This document shows, in pieces, positions 38,903-52,330 of a stretch of 64,000 bases of DNA; position 1 is the first letter of the stretch; each line of letters starts with the position of its first letter. The notes under the pieces were generated by a model. That model did not search any database. It saw nothing but the letters and a program-made list of their open reading frames with translations, and was not told where the DNA came from. This DNA comes from Gammaproteobacteria bacterium (GTDB taxonomy: Bacteria; Pseudomonadota; Gammaproteobacteria; Eutrophobiales; Eutrophobiaceae): the NCBI GenBank assembly GCA_965221695.1, contig OZ244905.1:768001-832000 (forward strand). Reading direction: 5' to 3'. A program made the translations under genes and the position numbers.

Positions 38903-39484
38903 TTCGACTGAAAAATAATCCGCAAGCAGAGGAGAATCCCTGAGAATTGCGATGCCCCCGTGCAGTCGGGACTTCACGGTACCCACAGGGATGCCCAGGA
39001 CTTGTGCGATCTCATCCAGCGACATCCCGTCCACGAATCGAAGCATCAGGGTCTCCCGTTGGCCGAGCGGCAGATTCGCAAGCAACTTGCCGAGGTCTCT
39101 GTTGTCTCTATCCTGGGGGGCGGGCATATCTTCGGGCGTTATATCATCGGCAATCGGGAACCGTCCTGCCTTGCGCGTTGCTGAAATTGCCGCGTTTTTT
39201 GCTATGGGATAGAGCAGCGTCGTCAGCTTGGCTGTCAGTATTATCCCTTCACCGGCAGGCGGAAAACGACGTAGCAGTTGGACAAAGGTATCTTGGAGCA
39301 CATCCAGTGCGACATCGATATCAGGAGTAAAGCGTAGCGCTACGCGCAACACGTAATCCTTGTGGCGCAGATACAGGGCTTCAAACGCGGCCGCCGCTGC
39401 GACTGCATCACCATGGTTGCAAACGTCCACCAGCGTTTCGTCGTTACGAGGGTCTTGCCGATGGCTCCGGACCATGATGTGCAA
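38900..39484 (-). CDS. ECF RNA polymerase sigma factor
   Basis: AFEALY.RH, ALDVLQDTF, LP..QRE...LRFVDGMSLDEIA..LGIPVGTVKSRL. Confidence 0.95.
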   Translation of the reverse strand: MHIMVRSHRQDPRNDETLVDVCNHGDAVAAAAAFEALYLRHKDYVLRVALRFTPDIDVALDVLQDTFVQLLRRFPPAGEGIILTAKLTTLLYPIAKNAAISATRKAGRFPIADDITPEDMPAPQDRDNRDLGKLLANLPLGQRETLMLRFVDGMSLDEIAQVLGIPVGTVKSRLHGGIAILRDSPLLADYFSVE

Positions 39485-39639
39485 TCACTCAAGAGTTAGC
39501 GCCGGTTAGTCACCGGACGGTAAACCATCCTTATTTGTTGTCCGCCTGCAAAATCGGCAAACCATGCCCGCAGATGTTAGCATTTGATCTGGTTATTACT
39601 GTGCTAATTGAAAATCAAATTTACAATTAGCACATGTTT

Positions 39640-40089
39640 TTAGCTCTCCATTGTCATGGTTTCAGCGGCCCTGTCACCTACAACAAGGCTTCTTCCCACA
39701 GATCGTAAGGCCACTTCAACACTGCTGATATGCGAACGATGATCTGGGTCAACGAGCTTTCGGGCCGCAGCCTCGCTCAGACCAAGACGTTTTGCCAGCG
39801 CTGTCTTGCTAATACCCTGGCGGCGCATGGCCGTATACAGCGCCAATTTTGCAGCTACGACTGGTGAAACCGCAACAAGTTCCTGGCCATCCACCACGGC
39901 GCTCGGTACCGGAATGTCCCAATGCTGCCGAACATACCCTGCCAAAGCGGCTGTTAACGCATCTTCAGCCATTGCCAGCGCTTCGCTCCTGTCCTTACCG
40001 CCGGTAAGCGCCCCCGGCACATCCGGGAAGGTGACATAGAAACCCCCTCCCTCTTCCGGGGATAAAACACATGGATAAACGTAGTACAT
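39640..40089 (-). CDS. hicB: HicB antitoxin with C-terminal HTH
   Basis: YP......GGFYVTFPDVPGALT.G....EA..MAEDAL; C-terminal HTH. Confidence 0.92.
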   Translation of the reverse strand: MYYVYPCVLSPEEGGGFYVTFPDVPGALTGGKDRSEALAMAEDALTAALAGYVRQHWDIPVPSAVVDGQELVAVSPVVAAKLALYTAMRRQGISKTALAKRLGLSEAAARKLVDPDHRSHISSVEVALRSVGRSLVVGDRAAETMTMES

Positions 40090-40295
40090 CAGAATTCCTC
40101 TTTTTCGATATCAAGGTCTTTCAGCATCGCCGCAAGAAGCCCCTTACCGATTTCTTTTCGCGGTACAGTCGTAAACCGGTTGCCAAGATGAAGACGCCCG
40201 TGACTTCCCTTGCCACGTCTGGGGTCATAATGGCATCTCAACCCTTTCTTCCTAGCATAACGCTTGACGCGCCAAATGAATTCCGTTCCGTCCAT
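40089..40295 (-). CDS. hicA: HicA toxin
   Basis: 68 aa, basic, GKGSH motif, TTVP; coupled to hicB. Confidence 0.88.
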   Translation of the reverse strand: MDGTEFIWRVKRYARKKGLRCHYDPRRGKGSHGRLHLGNRFTTVPRKEIGKGLLAAMLKDLDIEKEEF

Positions 40296-40498
40296 GGTAA
40301 TATAATAGTGCTATATACTACGAAAATCGATAGAATTCGTACTTTTATATTCGCATAGTGGTGTCGGGTTCATCAAACTCAATTCCGTGAAATAAATTCT
40401 CATACTCACGTTTGTACTAAACATCAAATCGTGCTGTATATTATTCCCCTATCAAAGCGTCCGACAGACTGCAAGTGGTGAAATTGGAGTAAAACCTC

Positions 40499-42748
40499 GT
40501 GCCAACATTAGATCACAAGCTCGTAGAAATTGCACTTGAACATACAGGTGGGACTGAGTTTGAGAAGTTTTGCCAGACTTTTTTCACAAATGTGGTGGGT
40601 GTCGAATTAGTTCCCTTGGGTGGGATGCATGATGGTGGAGCTGATGCTTTCTTAGGTGAAGGCTTGCTCCAAGGCAGTCATACCAAGCCTGATGTTTTCT
40701 TTCAAGCAACAACTCAAGCAGACCACCGTTCTAAAATTCGAGCAGACCACCGTTCTAAAATTCGACACACCGTTGAAAGATTACGAAAAGTCGGACGACA
40801 GCCCAAACTTGTTAACTATTGTACATCTCGCATGATAGGCATGATTGACAAGGAAGAAGAGGCGCTTTCAAATGAACTAAATGTCGATGTTAGAATTAGA
40901 GATCGTAACTGGATTGTCAGCAATATAAATCACTCTCCACAGACAATTGCGGCTTTCAATAGCTATTTAGCGCCATCGCTAAGTTTCCTTGAGGATTTCA
41001 ATACATCCTTGAAAATAAAAGTATTGCCCGATATATCTGCACGTACTATGTGTGTATTTCTGGGGCAAGAAATAGACCGGCGGCGTGGCAATACAGATCT
41101 TCTTGAGGCGGTAACTGATAGCTTAATCTTATGGGCATTAGAAGATACTGACCCAGACACCAAAATTTTTATGAAGCGCCAAGATATTATAAATAAAATT
41201 GAAGGAACATTGCCTTCTGCAAAACAGTTCATCCGCGGCGTATTTGATAACCGAATAAGACTATTAGCATCCAAAACTAATACTACAGGTAGAGAGATCC
41301 GTTGGTATAAGAAAGAAGATAAATTTTGTCTCCCGTATGAAACTCGTAAAATCATAATAAATGAAAAAACTGAGGATGAATTCTTAAAAATTAAAGTCAT
41401 GGATCTATACAGAAAAAGAGCCAATGAGTGTCTTAATGAGGAAACAATTGCACTTTCTGATGAGGTTGCAAACATCGCACACAGGGCGCTCGAACTGACG
41501 TTTGAAAATGAGGGGCTATTACTGGCTGCTTTTCTGACGGGAGAAAATACTCAAAACCAATACGATGGCACGATCTCAGATCAAGTTGATGAAGCCATTA
41601 ATGAAACTAAACTGACCGGTGAAACCGCAACTAGTTACAAGGAGGTAGCACTGTCGATTCTTCGGCAAGCTTTTTACAAAAGTACAGAAGAAGAACGCAT
41701 ATATTATGGCAAACTTTCCCGCACCTATACTCTAATGTTCACATTACGCAATGAGCCGAGAATCGTTGAATATTTCAAAAGTATGTCATCAAATTTTGTT
41801 TTGTTCATTGGCTCCGACATCATCATCCGAGCGCTATCAGAGAGATATTTGGCACCTGAAGATCAGATGACTATCAATATGCTGTATATTCTTCAAGATG
41901 CAGGCTCCTCCCTTATCCTAACCCAAATGGCAGTCAGAGAAGTTCAAGCTCACTTGAGAGCCACAAATCAGGAATTCCAGAATTACTTCGTAAGCTTGGA
42001 GCACAATGTCGACAAAGAAATTGCTCGTCACTCCGATAAAATTTTGATCCGTTCTTATTTCTATGCAAAATTTAATCCATCACTAGATTCAAAGCCCAAT
42101 AGTTGGCGAGATTTCGCTGGACAGATTTGTAGCCACGAAAAACTTCATAAGACGGAAGAATCCAGGATTGAGGTGAAGAATTATTTAATTGAAAAATTCA
42201 ATTTCGAGTATTTAGATGACAATGATTTGGAAAAGATCACAAATGAGAACGAAATAAATAATCTTGCTGAAAAACTTACAGAAATCAAATCAGAGGAAGT
42301 ACTAGCCCTTAACGATGCAAAACATATTCTTGGAGTCTATGGAAAACGTCGTGACCTGCGAGAAAATCATATATCTAATCCTTATGGATATCGAACTTGG
42401 TGGCTTACGCATGAAACTAAGGTCCGAAGCGTCACTAAAGATATTGTTGATAATCAGGGGGCAGAATATATCATCCGTCCCGAATTTATCCTGAATTTCA
42501 TCGCGCTTTCACCAACAATGGCGCAAGTGCGCAAAAGTTATAATACCATTTTCCCCACTCTTTTAGGTATCAGGTTATCTAATAGAATGAGGAAAGATAT
42601 TTTCCAAAAAGTAATGGGAAAAGTACAGGAAGTAAGAAGAATTGATGATGCACGCGCCAAAGCCAAGCTTGCACAGATGTCAAACGATCTAAAAGGTGAC
42701 AATTTCAAGCAGTATGAAAATAATTTTGAACTCCTTTTTCAAGAATAA
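40499..42748 (+). CDS. AT-rich 749-aa protein: N-terminal restriction-endonuclease-like motif and C-terminal PIN-like region; candidate defence gene
   Basis: FEKFC...GGMHDGGADA...FFQAT; later VLFIGSDII, REVQAHL, NDA, WWLTHET. Confidence 0.6.
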   Translation: MPTLDHKLVEIALEHTGGTEFEKFCQTFFTNVVGVELVPLGGMHDGGADAFLGEGLLQGSHTKPDVFFQATTQADHRSKIRADHRSKIRHTVERLRKVGRQPKLVNYCTSRMIGMIDKEEEALSNELNVDVRIRDRNWIVSNINHSPQTIAAFNSYLAPSLSFLEDFNTSLKIKVLPDISARTMCVFLGQEIDRRRGNTDLLEAVTDSLILWALEDTDPDTKIFMKRQDIINKIEGTLPSAKQFIRGVFDNRIRLLASKTNTTGREIRWYKKEDKFCLPYETRKIIINEKTEDEFLKIKVMDLYRKRANECLNEETIALSDEVANIAHRALELTFENEGLLLAAFLTGENTQNQYDGTISDQVDEAINETKLTGETATSYKEVALSILRQAFYKSTEEERIYYGKLSRTYTLMFTLRNEPRIVEYFKSMSSNFVLFIGSDIIIRALSERYLAPEDQMTINMLYILQDAGSSLILTQMAVREVQAHLRATNQEFQNYFVSLEHNVDKEIARHSDKILIRSYFYAKFNPSLDSKPNSWRDFAGQICSHEKLHKTEESRIEVKNYLIEKFNFEYLDDNDLEKITNENEINNLAEKLTEIKSEEVLALNDAKHILGVYGKRRDLRENHISNPYGYRTWWLTHETKVRSVTKDIVDNQGAEYIIRPEFILNFIALSPTMAQVRKSYNTIFPTLLGIRLSNRMRKDIFQKVMGKVQEVRRIDDARAKAKLAQMSNDLKGDNFKQYENNFELLFQE

Positions 42749-42803
42749 TCCAGAGGGTGTACTGAGCGCATGCAAGTGTCGTCGTGATTAATGCTTAAAT
42801 CCA

Positions 42804-43190
42804 ATGCAAACATTGCAAACAAACTCAGATATTCCGGATGACACTGCAGCGGTCATCGAGGGTAAACACAGGACGGGTTTAACTGTTGTTCCTGACGGCT
42901 ACAGGGTAAAAAAGTTGGCTGAAGTGAAAAACTATCTAAACCACAATATGGATCTGTTGGGTTTTTTATCGTCGCTGCCCGCATCTATCTCTAAATCGAA
43001 AGGCGTGGAATCCATTGACCTGGAGTTCTATCATGATATTGAGGAACATTGGGATAAGCTGTTTGTAGTCGTCAACACTCAAATCGAAGATATGGATGAA
43101 CTCGATGCCCTGGAAGACTCATTATATTCTTCTTTGTTTGAACCCAAGGATGATATGCTATCAGGTCGAGTGGTGCTATCCGTAGGATGA
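42804..43190 (+). CDS. Acidic hypothetical protein, probable HEPN partner (degenerate MNT-like)
   Basis: EVKNYL, LEFYHDIE...KLFVVV; ends 3 bp before the HEPN-like ORF. Confidence 0.55.
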   Translation: MQTLQTNSDIPDDTAAVIEGKHRTGLTVVPDGYRVKKLAEVKNYLNHNMDLLGFLSSLPASISKSKGVESIDLEFYHDIEEHWDKLFVVVNTQIEDMDELDALEDSLYSSLFEPKDDMLSGRVVLSVG

Positions 43191-43193
43191 CCT

Positions 43194-43415
43194 ATGCCGA
43201 TTGAACCAAGGGACATGGTTGCGTACGCGCATGGGATGCTTAAAACAGCAGGATCAGAAATCGAGTATAGAAACGTTGTAAATCGCGCCTATTATGGGGC
43301 TTTTATCACCGCCAGAGACTTTGCAGAAATTACTACCGATAGCGGGAGCGTACATCGTGAAGTCGTTGAGCACTACCGCGTCGATGTAGTTACTCATGTG
43401 GCGGGTGGCGCGTAA
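43194..43415 (+). pseudogene. Truncated HEPN-domain gene
   Basis: YRNVVNRAYYGAF..AR and GSVH present; the C-terminal R-x4-6-H/Y segment is missing. Confidence 0.65.
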
Positions 43416-43517
43416 CAGCTTGTCTATCTCTTTATCGGTCCTGGCCTGTGAAATAGCAAGTTTATCCAAGGAAGCCGATATGTCCGCCAAGGACCGGAGA
43501 GTTTTTTCTTCATTCAT
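43375..43517 (-). pseudogene. N-terminal fragment of a coiled-coil (DUF3782-like) gene
   Basis: GGAG RBS; L..SQARTDKEIDKL pattern; runs head-on into the HEPN fragment. Confidence 0.45.
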
Positions 43518-43970
43518 GATGAGATCTCCTTTCTGGGATAACCGGAATAATCAGGATCGAGGCACACACCCAACGGCGTGTCCGGCAGTATTGTCGCATG
43601 TTCCCGGTGCAATGAATATGTGAAAGGCTCGGTATGTGTGCCCCAGGTCGGAATGCAGTATAATCAACTTTCCTTGATATTTTGTCAGCCCGCACAAATT
43701 ACAATACAAATATGAAACAGGCTGATTTCAAACAACCGGCCCAACGAATTTATCGCGCCCGGCAAACAGAAGGTGTGGAATGCAGACTGGAGTTCCACAG
43801 GCAGGATAGATCGTTCCGGTTCATCGACTCACTGTGCTGGTAGGATAGACGAAGCGCCAGAGGCAGGATGATTCGGGTGGAATTTATAGCGGTAGATACG
43901 ACTGCTGACCCTGAGAGTGCAGGCAATAAAGTCAAGCGCCTCCGTAGTGCCGCAATCAAGTAACAAGCAT

Positions 43971-45518
43971 ATGGCAAAGCCAGAAAAAAACAAAGGCGCT
44001 CATCTCGGGTTCGAGTCGAAGCTCTGGGCGACCGCGGACAAGTTGCGCGGCAACATGGAACCGTCCGACTACAAGCATGTCGCTCTCGGCCTGATCTTCC
44101 TCAAGTACATCTCGGACGCTTTCGAAGCAAAGCGAAGCGAGTTGCTAAAGAACAAGAATGCCGATGCCGAGGATCCGCTGGAATATCTCGCCTATAACCT
44201 CTTCTGGGTTCCTAAGGCAGCTCGCTGGTCGCGTCTGCAGGCCAGAGCCAAGCAGACGACGATTGGCAAAGACATCGACGATGCCATGCTAGCCATTGAA
44301 GCCAGCAATACCTCGCTCAAGGGCGTCCTGCCGAAAGATTACGCCCGACCGGCGCTCAATAAGGTCATGCTCGGCGAACTGATCGACCTGGTGAGCGGCA
44401 TCGGCATGGCCGAAGAGGCGGACCGCTCCCGCGACATACTCGGGCGGGTGTACGAGTACTTCCTCGGCGGCTTTGCCGGGGCGGAAGGCAAGCGAGGCGG
44501 CGAGTTCTACACGCCCCGCTCCGTCGTCCGGCTACTGGTCGAAATGCTGGAGCCTTACAAGGGCCGCGTCTATGACCCCTGCTGCGGTTCCGGCGGCATG
44601 TTCGTGCAGTCAGAGCGTTTCGTCGAGGAACACGGCGGACGCGTAGGCGACATTGCTATCTACGGCCAGGAAAGCAACTACACGACCTGGCGTCTCGCCA
44701 AGATGAACCTTGCGGTGCGCGGTATCGACGCCGATATCCGCTGGAACAATGAAGGCAGCTTCCACAAAGACGAACTACCGGACCTCAAGGCCGACTTCAT
44801 CCTGGCCAATCCACCCTTCAATGTCTCCGATTGGGGTGGCGACCGGCTACGCGACGATGTCCGCTGGACGTTCGGCGTGCCACCGGTAGGCAACGCCAAC
44901 TACGCCTGGCTCCAGCACATCCACCATCACCTTGCACCCAATGGATCAGCAGGGGTGGTACTCGCTAACGGTTCCATGTCCACCACAACGTCAGGTGAAG
45001 GAGACATCCGTCGCGCCATGGTCGAAGCCGATGCGGTGGATTGTATGATCGCACTGCCGGGACAGCTCTTCTATTCGACACAGATCCCCGCTTGCCTCTG
45101 GTTCCTCGCTCGCAACAAGAATCCTGGCCAAGGTCAACGTGACCGGCGCGGCGAGGTGCTGTTCATCGACGCCCGCAAGGTCGGGCACATGGTCGACCGG
45201 ACCCGTAAGGAGTTTTCTGACGAGGATATCGCACGGATCGCAGATTGCTACCATACCTGGCGCGGAGAACCCGACATGGCCCTATATGAAGATGAACCGG
45301 GCTTTTGCAAGTCCGCCACGCTGGAGGAGATTACGAAACACGGCCACGTTCTGACACCCGGCCGCTATGTTGGTGCTGCGGCAATCAAAGATGATGACGT
45401 GCCATTTGAGGAGCGGTTCGCGGAGTTAAAGGAGACGCTGGCTGAGCAATTCACCGAGTCCCGAAACCTGACCAAGATCATTCAGAATAAACTGGACGAA
45501 ATCGGTACTCATGAATAG
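43971..45518 (+). CDS. hsdM: Type I RM methyltransferase subunit
   Basis: [38 protein letters not shown]. Confidence 0.96.
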   Translation: MAKPEKNKGAHLGFESKLWATADKLRGNMEPSDYKHVALGLIFLKYISDAFEAKRSELLKNKNADAEDPLEYLAYNLFWVPKAARWSRLQARAKQTTIGKDIDDAMLAIEASNTSLKGVLPKDYARPALNKVMLGELIDLVSGIGMAEEADRSRDILGRVYEYFLGGFAGAEGKRGGEFYTPRSVVRLLVEMLEPYKGRVYDPCCGSGGMFVQSERFVEEHGGRVGDIAIYGQESNYTTWRLAKMNLAVRGIDADIRWNNEGSFHKDELPDLKADFILANPPFNVSDWGGDRLRDDVRWTFGVPPVGNANYAWLQHIHHHLAPNGSAGVVLANGSMSTTTSGEGDIRRAMVEADAVDCMIALPGQLFYSTQIPACLWFLARNKNPGQGQRDRRGEVLFIDARKVGHMVDRTRKEFSDEDIARIADCYHTWRGEPDMALYEDEPGFCKSATLEEITKHGHVLTPGRYVGAAAIKDDDVPFEERFAELKETLAEQFTESRNLTKIIQNKLDEIGTHE

Positions 45519-46803
45519 ATGGTCCATACTTTCATTGCGGGACGTCGGTGTCGAGTTGATTGACTGTCTACACAAGACACCCGCAGCACAAACGGAGGGA
45601 TATCCATACGTAGGTATTCCTCAGATGAGGGACGGATGGATAGACTTTGGCAGCGCTCGAAAGATATCACATGACGACTTTGTCGAATGGACGACGAAGG
45701 CAATGCCTCAACAACACGACGTAATTCTCTCGCGGCGTACAAATCCTGGGGTAACGGCCATTGACAGGACAGGCACTGAATTCGCGCTCGGTCAGAATCT
45801 CGTCTTACTTCGCGCAGATGGCATCCAAATCGATCCACCATTTTTGAAATGGCTCGTACGCTCGCCTGCTTGGTGGCAGCAGGTTGAAAAATTCATGAAC
45901 GTTGGCGCTGTATTCAACAGCTTGAGGTGTGCTGATGTGCCTAACTTCGAGCTCCCAGTTCCGCCCTTCGAGACTCAACGGCGAATGGGAAACTTGCTTG
46001 ATGTCCTTGAAAGCGCAATTGACATGAATCGTCGAATGAACGAAACACTGGAGGCGATGGCTCGGGCAATCTTCAAGGACTGGTTCGTCGATTTCGGCCC
46101 CACGCGTGCCAAGGCTGAAGGGCGCGCTCCCTACCTCGCCCCCGACATCTGGGATCTGTTCCCTGACGCACTGGACGACGAGGGCAAGCCGGTTGGATGG
46201 GATTGGTCAAAAATCGCGTCGATGGCGAGCACTAAGCTAGGAGGTACTCCTTCGCGCAAGAAACCCGAATTGTGGGGTGGCAGTGTGCCTTGGATAAACT
46301 CGGGAAAGGTCAATCAGCTCCGTGTGATATCCCCCAGCGAATTCATCACAACTGAAGGATTAGAGAATTCCTCGGCTAAGCTACTGCCCAAGAGAACGAC
46401 TCTAATTGCCATTACTGGCGCCACTTTAGGCCAAGTTAGTCTTAGCGAGTGTGAGACTAGCACCAATCAATCTGTGGTTGGCATAGTCGGCAATGATCGA
46501 ATGCTGAATGAGTTTCTATATTGTTGGATAAGAGAAAATATTGGCGAGCTTCTTGCGTTACAGACAGGTGCCGCTCAACAACACATCAACAAGGGCAATG
46601 TTGACCAATTAGCGGTTCTGTCTCCAGCCGCGGAAGTATTGAACTCTTGGGTTAGTCTGTCACGGCCGCTCTTTGACTTGATTGCGTTGAATTGCTTCGA
46701 AAGTGAAACCCTATCCGTAACTCGCGACCTTCTCCTTCCAAAACTCATGTCCGGCGAAATCCGTCTTCGGGATGCCGAAAGGGCTGTTGAGGCCGTGGCA
46801 TGA
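45511..46803 (+). CDS. hsdS: Type I RM specificity subunit
   Basis: Two TRDs; [19 protein letters not shown] spacer; [14 protein letters not shown]. Confidence 0.95.
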   Translation: MNRWSILSLRDVGVELIDCLHKTPAAQTEGYPYVGIPQMRDGWIDFGSARKISHDDFVEWTTKAMPQQHDVILSRRTNPGVTAIDRTGTEFALGQNLVLLRADGIQIDPPFLKWLVRSPAWWQQVEKFMNVGAVFNSLRCADVPNFELPVPPFETQRRMGNLLDVLESAIDMNRRMNETLEAMARAIFKDWFVDFGPTRAKAEGRAPYLAPDIWDLFPDALDDEGKPVGWDWSKIASMASTKLGGTPSRKKPELWGGSVPWINSGKVNQLRVISPSEFITTEGLENSSAKLLPKRTTLIAITGATLGQVSLSECETSTNQSVVGIVGNDRMLNEFLYCWIRENIGELLALQTGAAQQHINKGNVDQLAVLSPAAEVLNSWVSLSRPLFDLIALNCFESETLSVTRDLLLPKLMSGEIRLRDAERAVEAVA

Positions 46804-47948
46804 TCCGCGTCCCCGTCAACCCCGATCTTCTGCGCTGGGCCCGCGAGCGCGCCAGAGTCACGCAGGATGACCTGACCGTTAAGTTCAAGAAGCTGCCCAG
46901 TTGGGAGGACGGAGAGGCGCAACCTACTCTCAAGCAATTGGAAAAGTTCGCTCGCGCCGTCCATGTGCCATTCGGTTACCTTTTTCTCACAGAGCCTCCC
47001 GAGGAACCTCTCCCGATTTCGGATTTTCGTACGGTCACGGATACTGCAACCGCCAGACCAAGTCCGGATTTGCTCGACACACTCTACGCCATGCAGCGGC
47101 GGCAGGCGTGGTTACGCGAATACCTCGTTGAGAACGACGCGGAGCCGCTGACATTCGTGGCTAGCGCCCGACTTGCTGACGACCCAAGCGTCGTAGGTCG
47201 TGAAATGCGGCGCACCCTTGGTCTTGAAGAGGGTTGGGCCGAGGGAGTCACCACTTGGCAAGATGCCGTGAATGAACTACGCCGCATGATCGAAGGGCTA
47301 GGCGTAATGGCCGTGATCAATGGCGTGGTCGGCAACAATACGCACCGTCGGTTGAGTGTGGCGGAGTTTCGCGGGTTCGCGCTCTCGGATCGCTACGCGC
47401 CCCTGCTCTTCGTGAATGGTGCGGATGCGAAGTCCGCCCAAATGTTCACACTGGCTCACGAACTGGCGCACATCTGGCTCGGTGAAGCGGGGATTTCCAA
47501 TTTCGAGAACCTCCTTCCCGGCGGCATGAAGGTGGAAGATTGGTGCAACCAGGCAGCGGCCGAATTCCTCGTACCTTCGGGAGAGTTGCGGGAGCGATGG
47601 ATTGAGGTGAGACGGGGACAGAATCCCTTCGAGGACCTTGCACGCTCGTTCAAGGTGAGCCCCGTGGTCGCCGCCCGTCGAGCTATGGACCTCAATCTCC
47701 TTGAGCGTAACGCCTTTTTCGATTTCTATCAGCGCTACTTCAACCAGGAACGCAGGCCTGGCAAGACATCGTCCGGAGGCGATTTCTACAACAACCAAAA
47801 TGCGCGCGTCGGTAAGCTTTTCGCAACCTGTGTGATGAGAGCGGCTCTGGAAGGTCAAATCGGATTCAGAGTGGCTTACGAATTGACCGGTCTCCGGGGC
47901 GGAACATTTCAGGATTACGCCGGGCGATTGGGCATCAGGCTCCCGTGA
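46800..47948 (+). CDS. HTH-ImmA/IrrE family Zn metallopeptidase
   Basis: LLRWARE..HTH..PTLKQLE; FRGFAL, FTLAHELAH (HExxH), CNQAAAEFLVP. Confidence 0.92.
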   Translation: MIRVPVNPDLLRWARERARVTQDDLTVKFKKLPSWEDGEAQPTLKQLEKFARAVHVPFGYLFLTEPPEEPLPISDFRTVTDTATARPSPDLLDTLYAMQRRQAWLREYLVENDAEPLTFVASARLADDPSVVGREMRRTLGLEEGWAEGVTTWQDAVNELRRMIEGLGVMAVINGVVGNNTHRRLSVAEFRGFALSDRYAPLLFVNGADAKSAQMFTLAHELAHIWLGEAGISNFENLLPGGMKVEDWCNQAAAEFLVPSGELRERWIEVRRGQNPFEDLARSFKVSPVVAARRAMDLNLLERNAFFDFYQRYFNQERRPGKTSSGGDFYNNQNARVGKLFATCVMRAALEGQIGFRVAYELTGLRGGTFQDYAGRLGIRLP

Positions 47949-48466
47949 TGGCAGATCGACTCTATCTTGTAGACTCCGATGTCCTGATTACGGCGAAGAA
48001 CCTTTACTATGCTTTCGATATTTGCCCGGGTTTTTGGAAGTGCTTGATTCAACGGCACCGGGAGGGTCTTGTTTTCAGCGTCGACCGGGTACGCAACGAA
48101 CTGCTGGCAGGTCGCGAAACAGAGGAGCTTGTTCGCTGGGTCAGGAACGAAGTTCCGGAGGGTTTTTTCCTGGCTATGGATTCCGATGAGGTAGCTCGCG
48201 TCTATACGGAAATCATGTTGTGGGTACAGCGGCATCCGAATTACTTTGACCAGGCTAAGGCGCAATTCGCAACAAGCGCCGATGGCTGGCTCGTCGCATG
48301 CGCACAGGTGCGAAGTGCAACGGTTGTGACGAATGAGCAGCCTTCCCCGGAGTCCAGGAAAGTCGTAAAGCTGCCGGATGTCTGCGACAAGTTCAATGTT
48401 CCTTGGAGGAATACCTTTGAGATGCTTCGAGCGTTAGGGGCGCAGTTCGATTTGGAGAAGAGTTAG
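47945..48466 (+). CDS. DUF4411 PIN-like protein
   Basis: YLVDSDVLI.AKN.YY.FDICPGFW, ADGWLVA.A, VVTNE, KLPDVC. Confidence 0.88.
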   Translation: MMADRLYLVDSDVLITAKNLYYAFDICPGFWKCLIQRHREGLVFSVDRVRNELLAGRETEELVRWVRNEVPEGFFLAMDSDEVARVYTEIMLWVQRHPNYFDQAKAQFATSADGWLVACAQVRSATVVTNEQPSPESRKVVKLPDVCDKFNVPWRNTFEMLRALGAQFDLEKS

Positions 48467-48603
48467 ATGGCTGATGCCAGAGGCTGGAGAATCAAGATTC
48501 CGAATGCCTGCATCATGCTCGGCCTACGCTGCATGAACCCCGACGAGATGCTCCATCGCGAGTGCGCAAGATTTATCCTGGGGACGAGAAGAGACACGGC
48601 CTG

Positions 48604-51879
<3,276 letters not shown>

Positions 51880-51927
51880 CCTCAAAGACCTTCGAGATAC
51901 AGGTTCAGGACTATCTGGATAGGAACT

Positions 51928-52185
51928 TCACGAGGTTTCCCGAGTGAATATCCCCTCATGTATTTCCTCTTCGGCCACTGAGCGGTAGGCGTAGAGCAGG
52001 CAGGCGTGAATGTCCTCCGGTTCCAGGATAGGATATTCACTTAAGATCGTATCCACTGTGTCTCCTGCGGCAAGTTTTGCCAGGACATGTTCTACAGCGA
52101 ATCGCATGCCGCGAATAATCGGTTTACCACCGAAGATGTCGGGGCGAACAGAGATACGGTTGAGTAGTTCGGTCTCTTGAGTCAT
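51928..52185 (-). CDS. DUF433 antitoxin-like protein
   Basis: RISVRPDIFGGKPIIRGMR, IL.EYP.LEPEDI.ACL.YA; GGAGG RBS. Confidence 0.92.
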   Translation of the reverse strand: MTQETELLNRISVRPDIFGGKPIIRGMRFAVEHVLAKLAAGDTVDTILSEYPILEPEDIHACLLYAYRSVAEEEIHEGIFTRETS

Positions 52186-52233
52186 GGTTACCTCCCTCGG
52201 TCGTATTCTCTCGTTCCTTTATTATTGCCATTA

Positions 52234-52265
52234 TAATGCACAAATTTTGCAAAATTTGTGCATTA
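52234..52265. promoter_or_regulatory. Perfect 32-bp palindrome upstream of DUF433
   Basis: taatgcacaaattttg|caaaatttgtgcatta, overlapping a minus-strand TATAAT. Confidence 0.55.
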
Positions 52266-52330
52266 CAAGCTTTCCTGTAACCAACTTCCCGTTCTTACGG
52301 CAGATGCCGATGGGGAGGCGGAAGAAGTCC

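Noticed and set aside
43750-43977. 75-aa minus-strand ORF upstream of hsdM
   Set aside because: No motif or RBS support, and it overlaps the hsdM start
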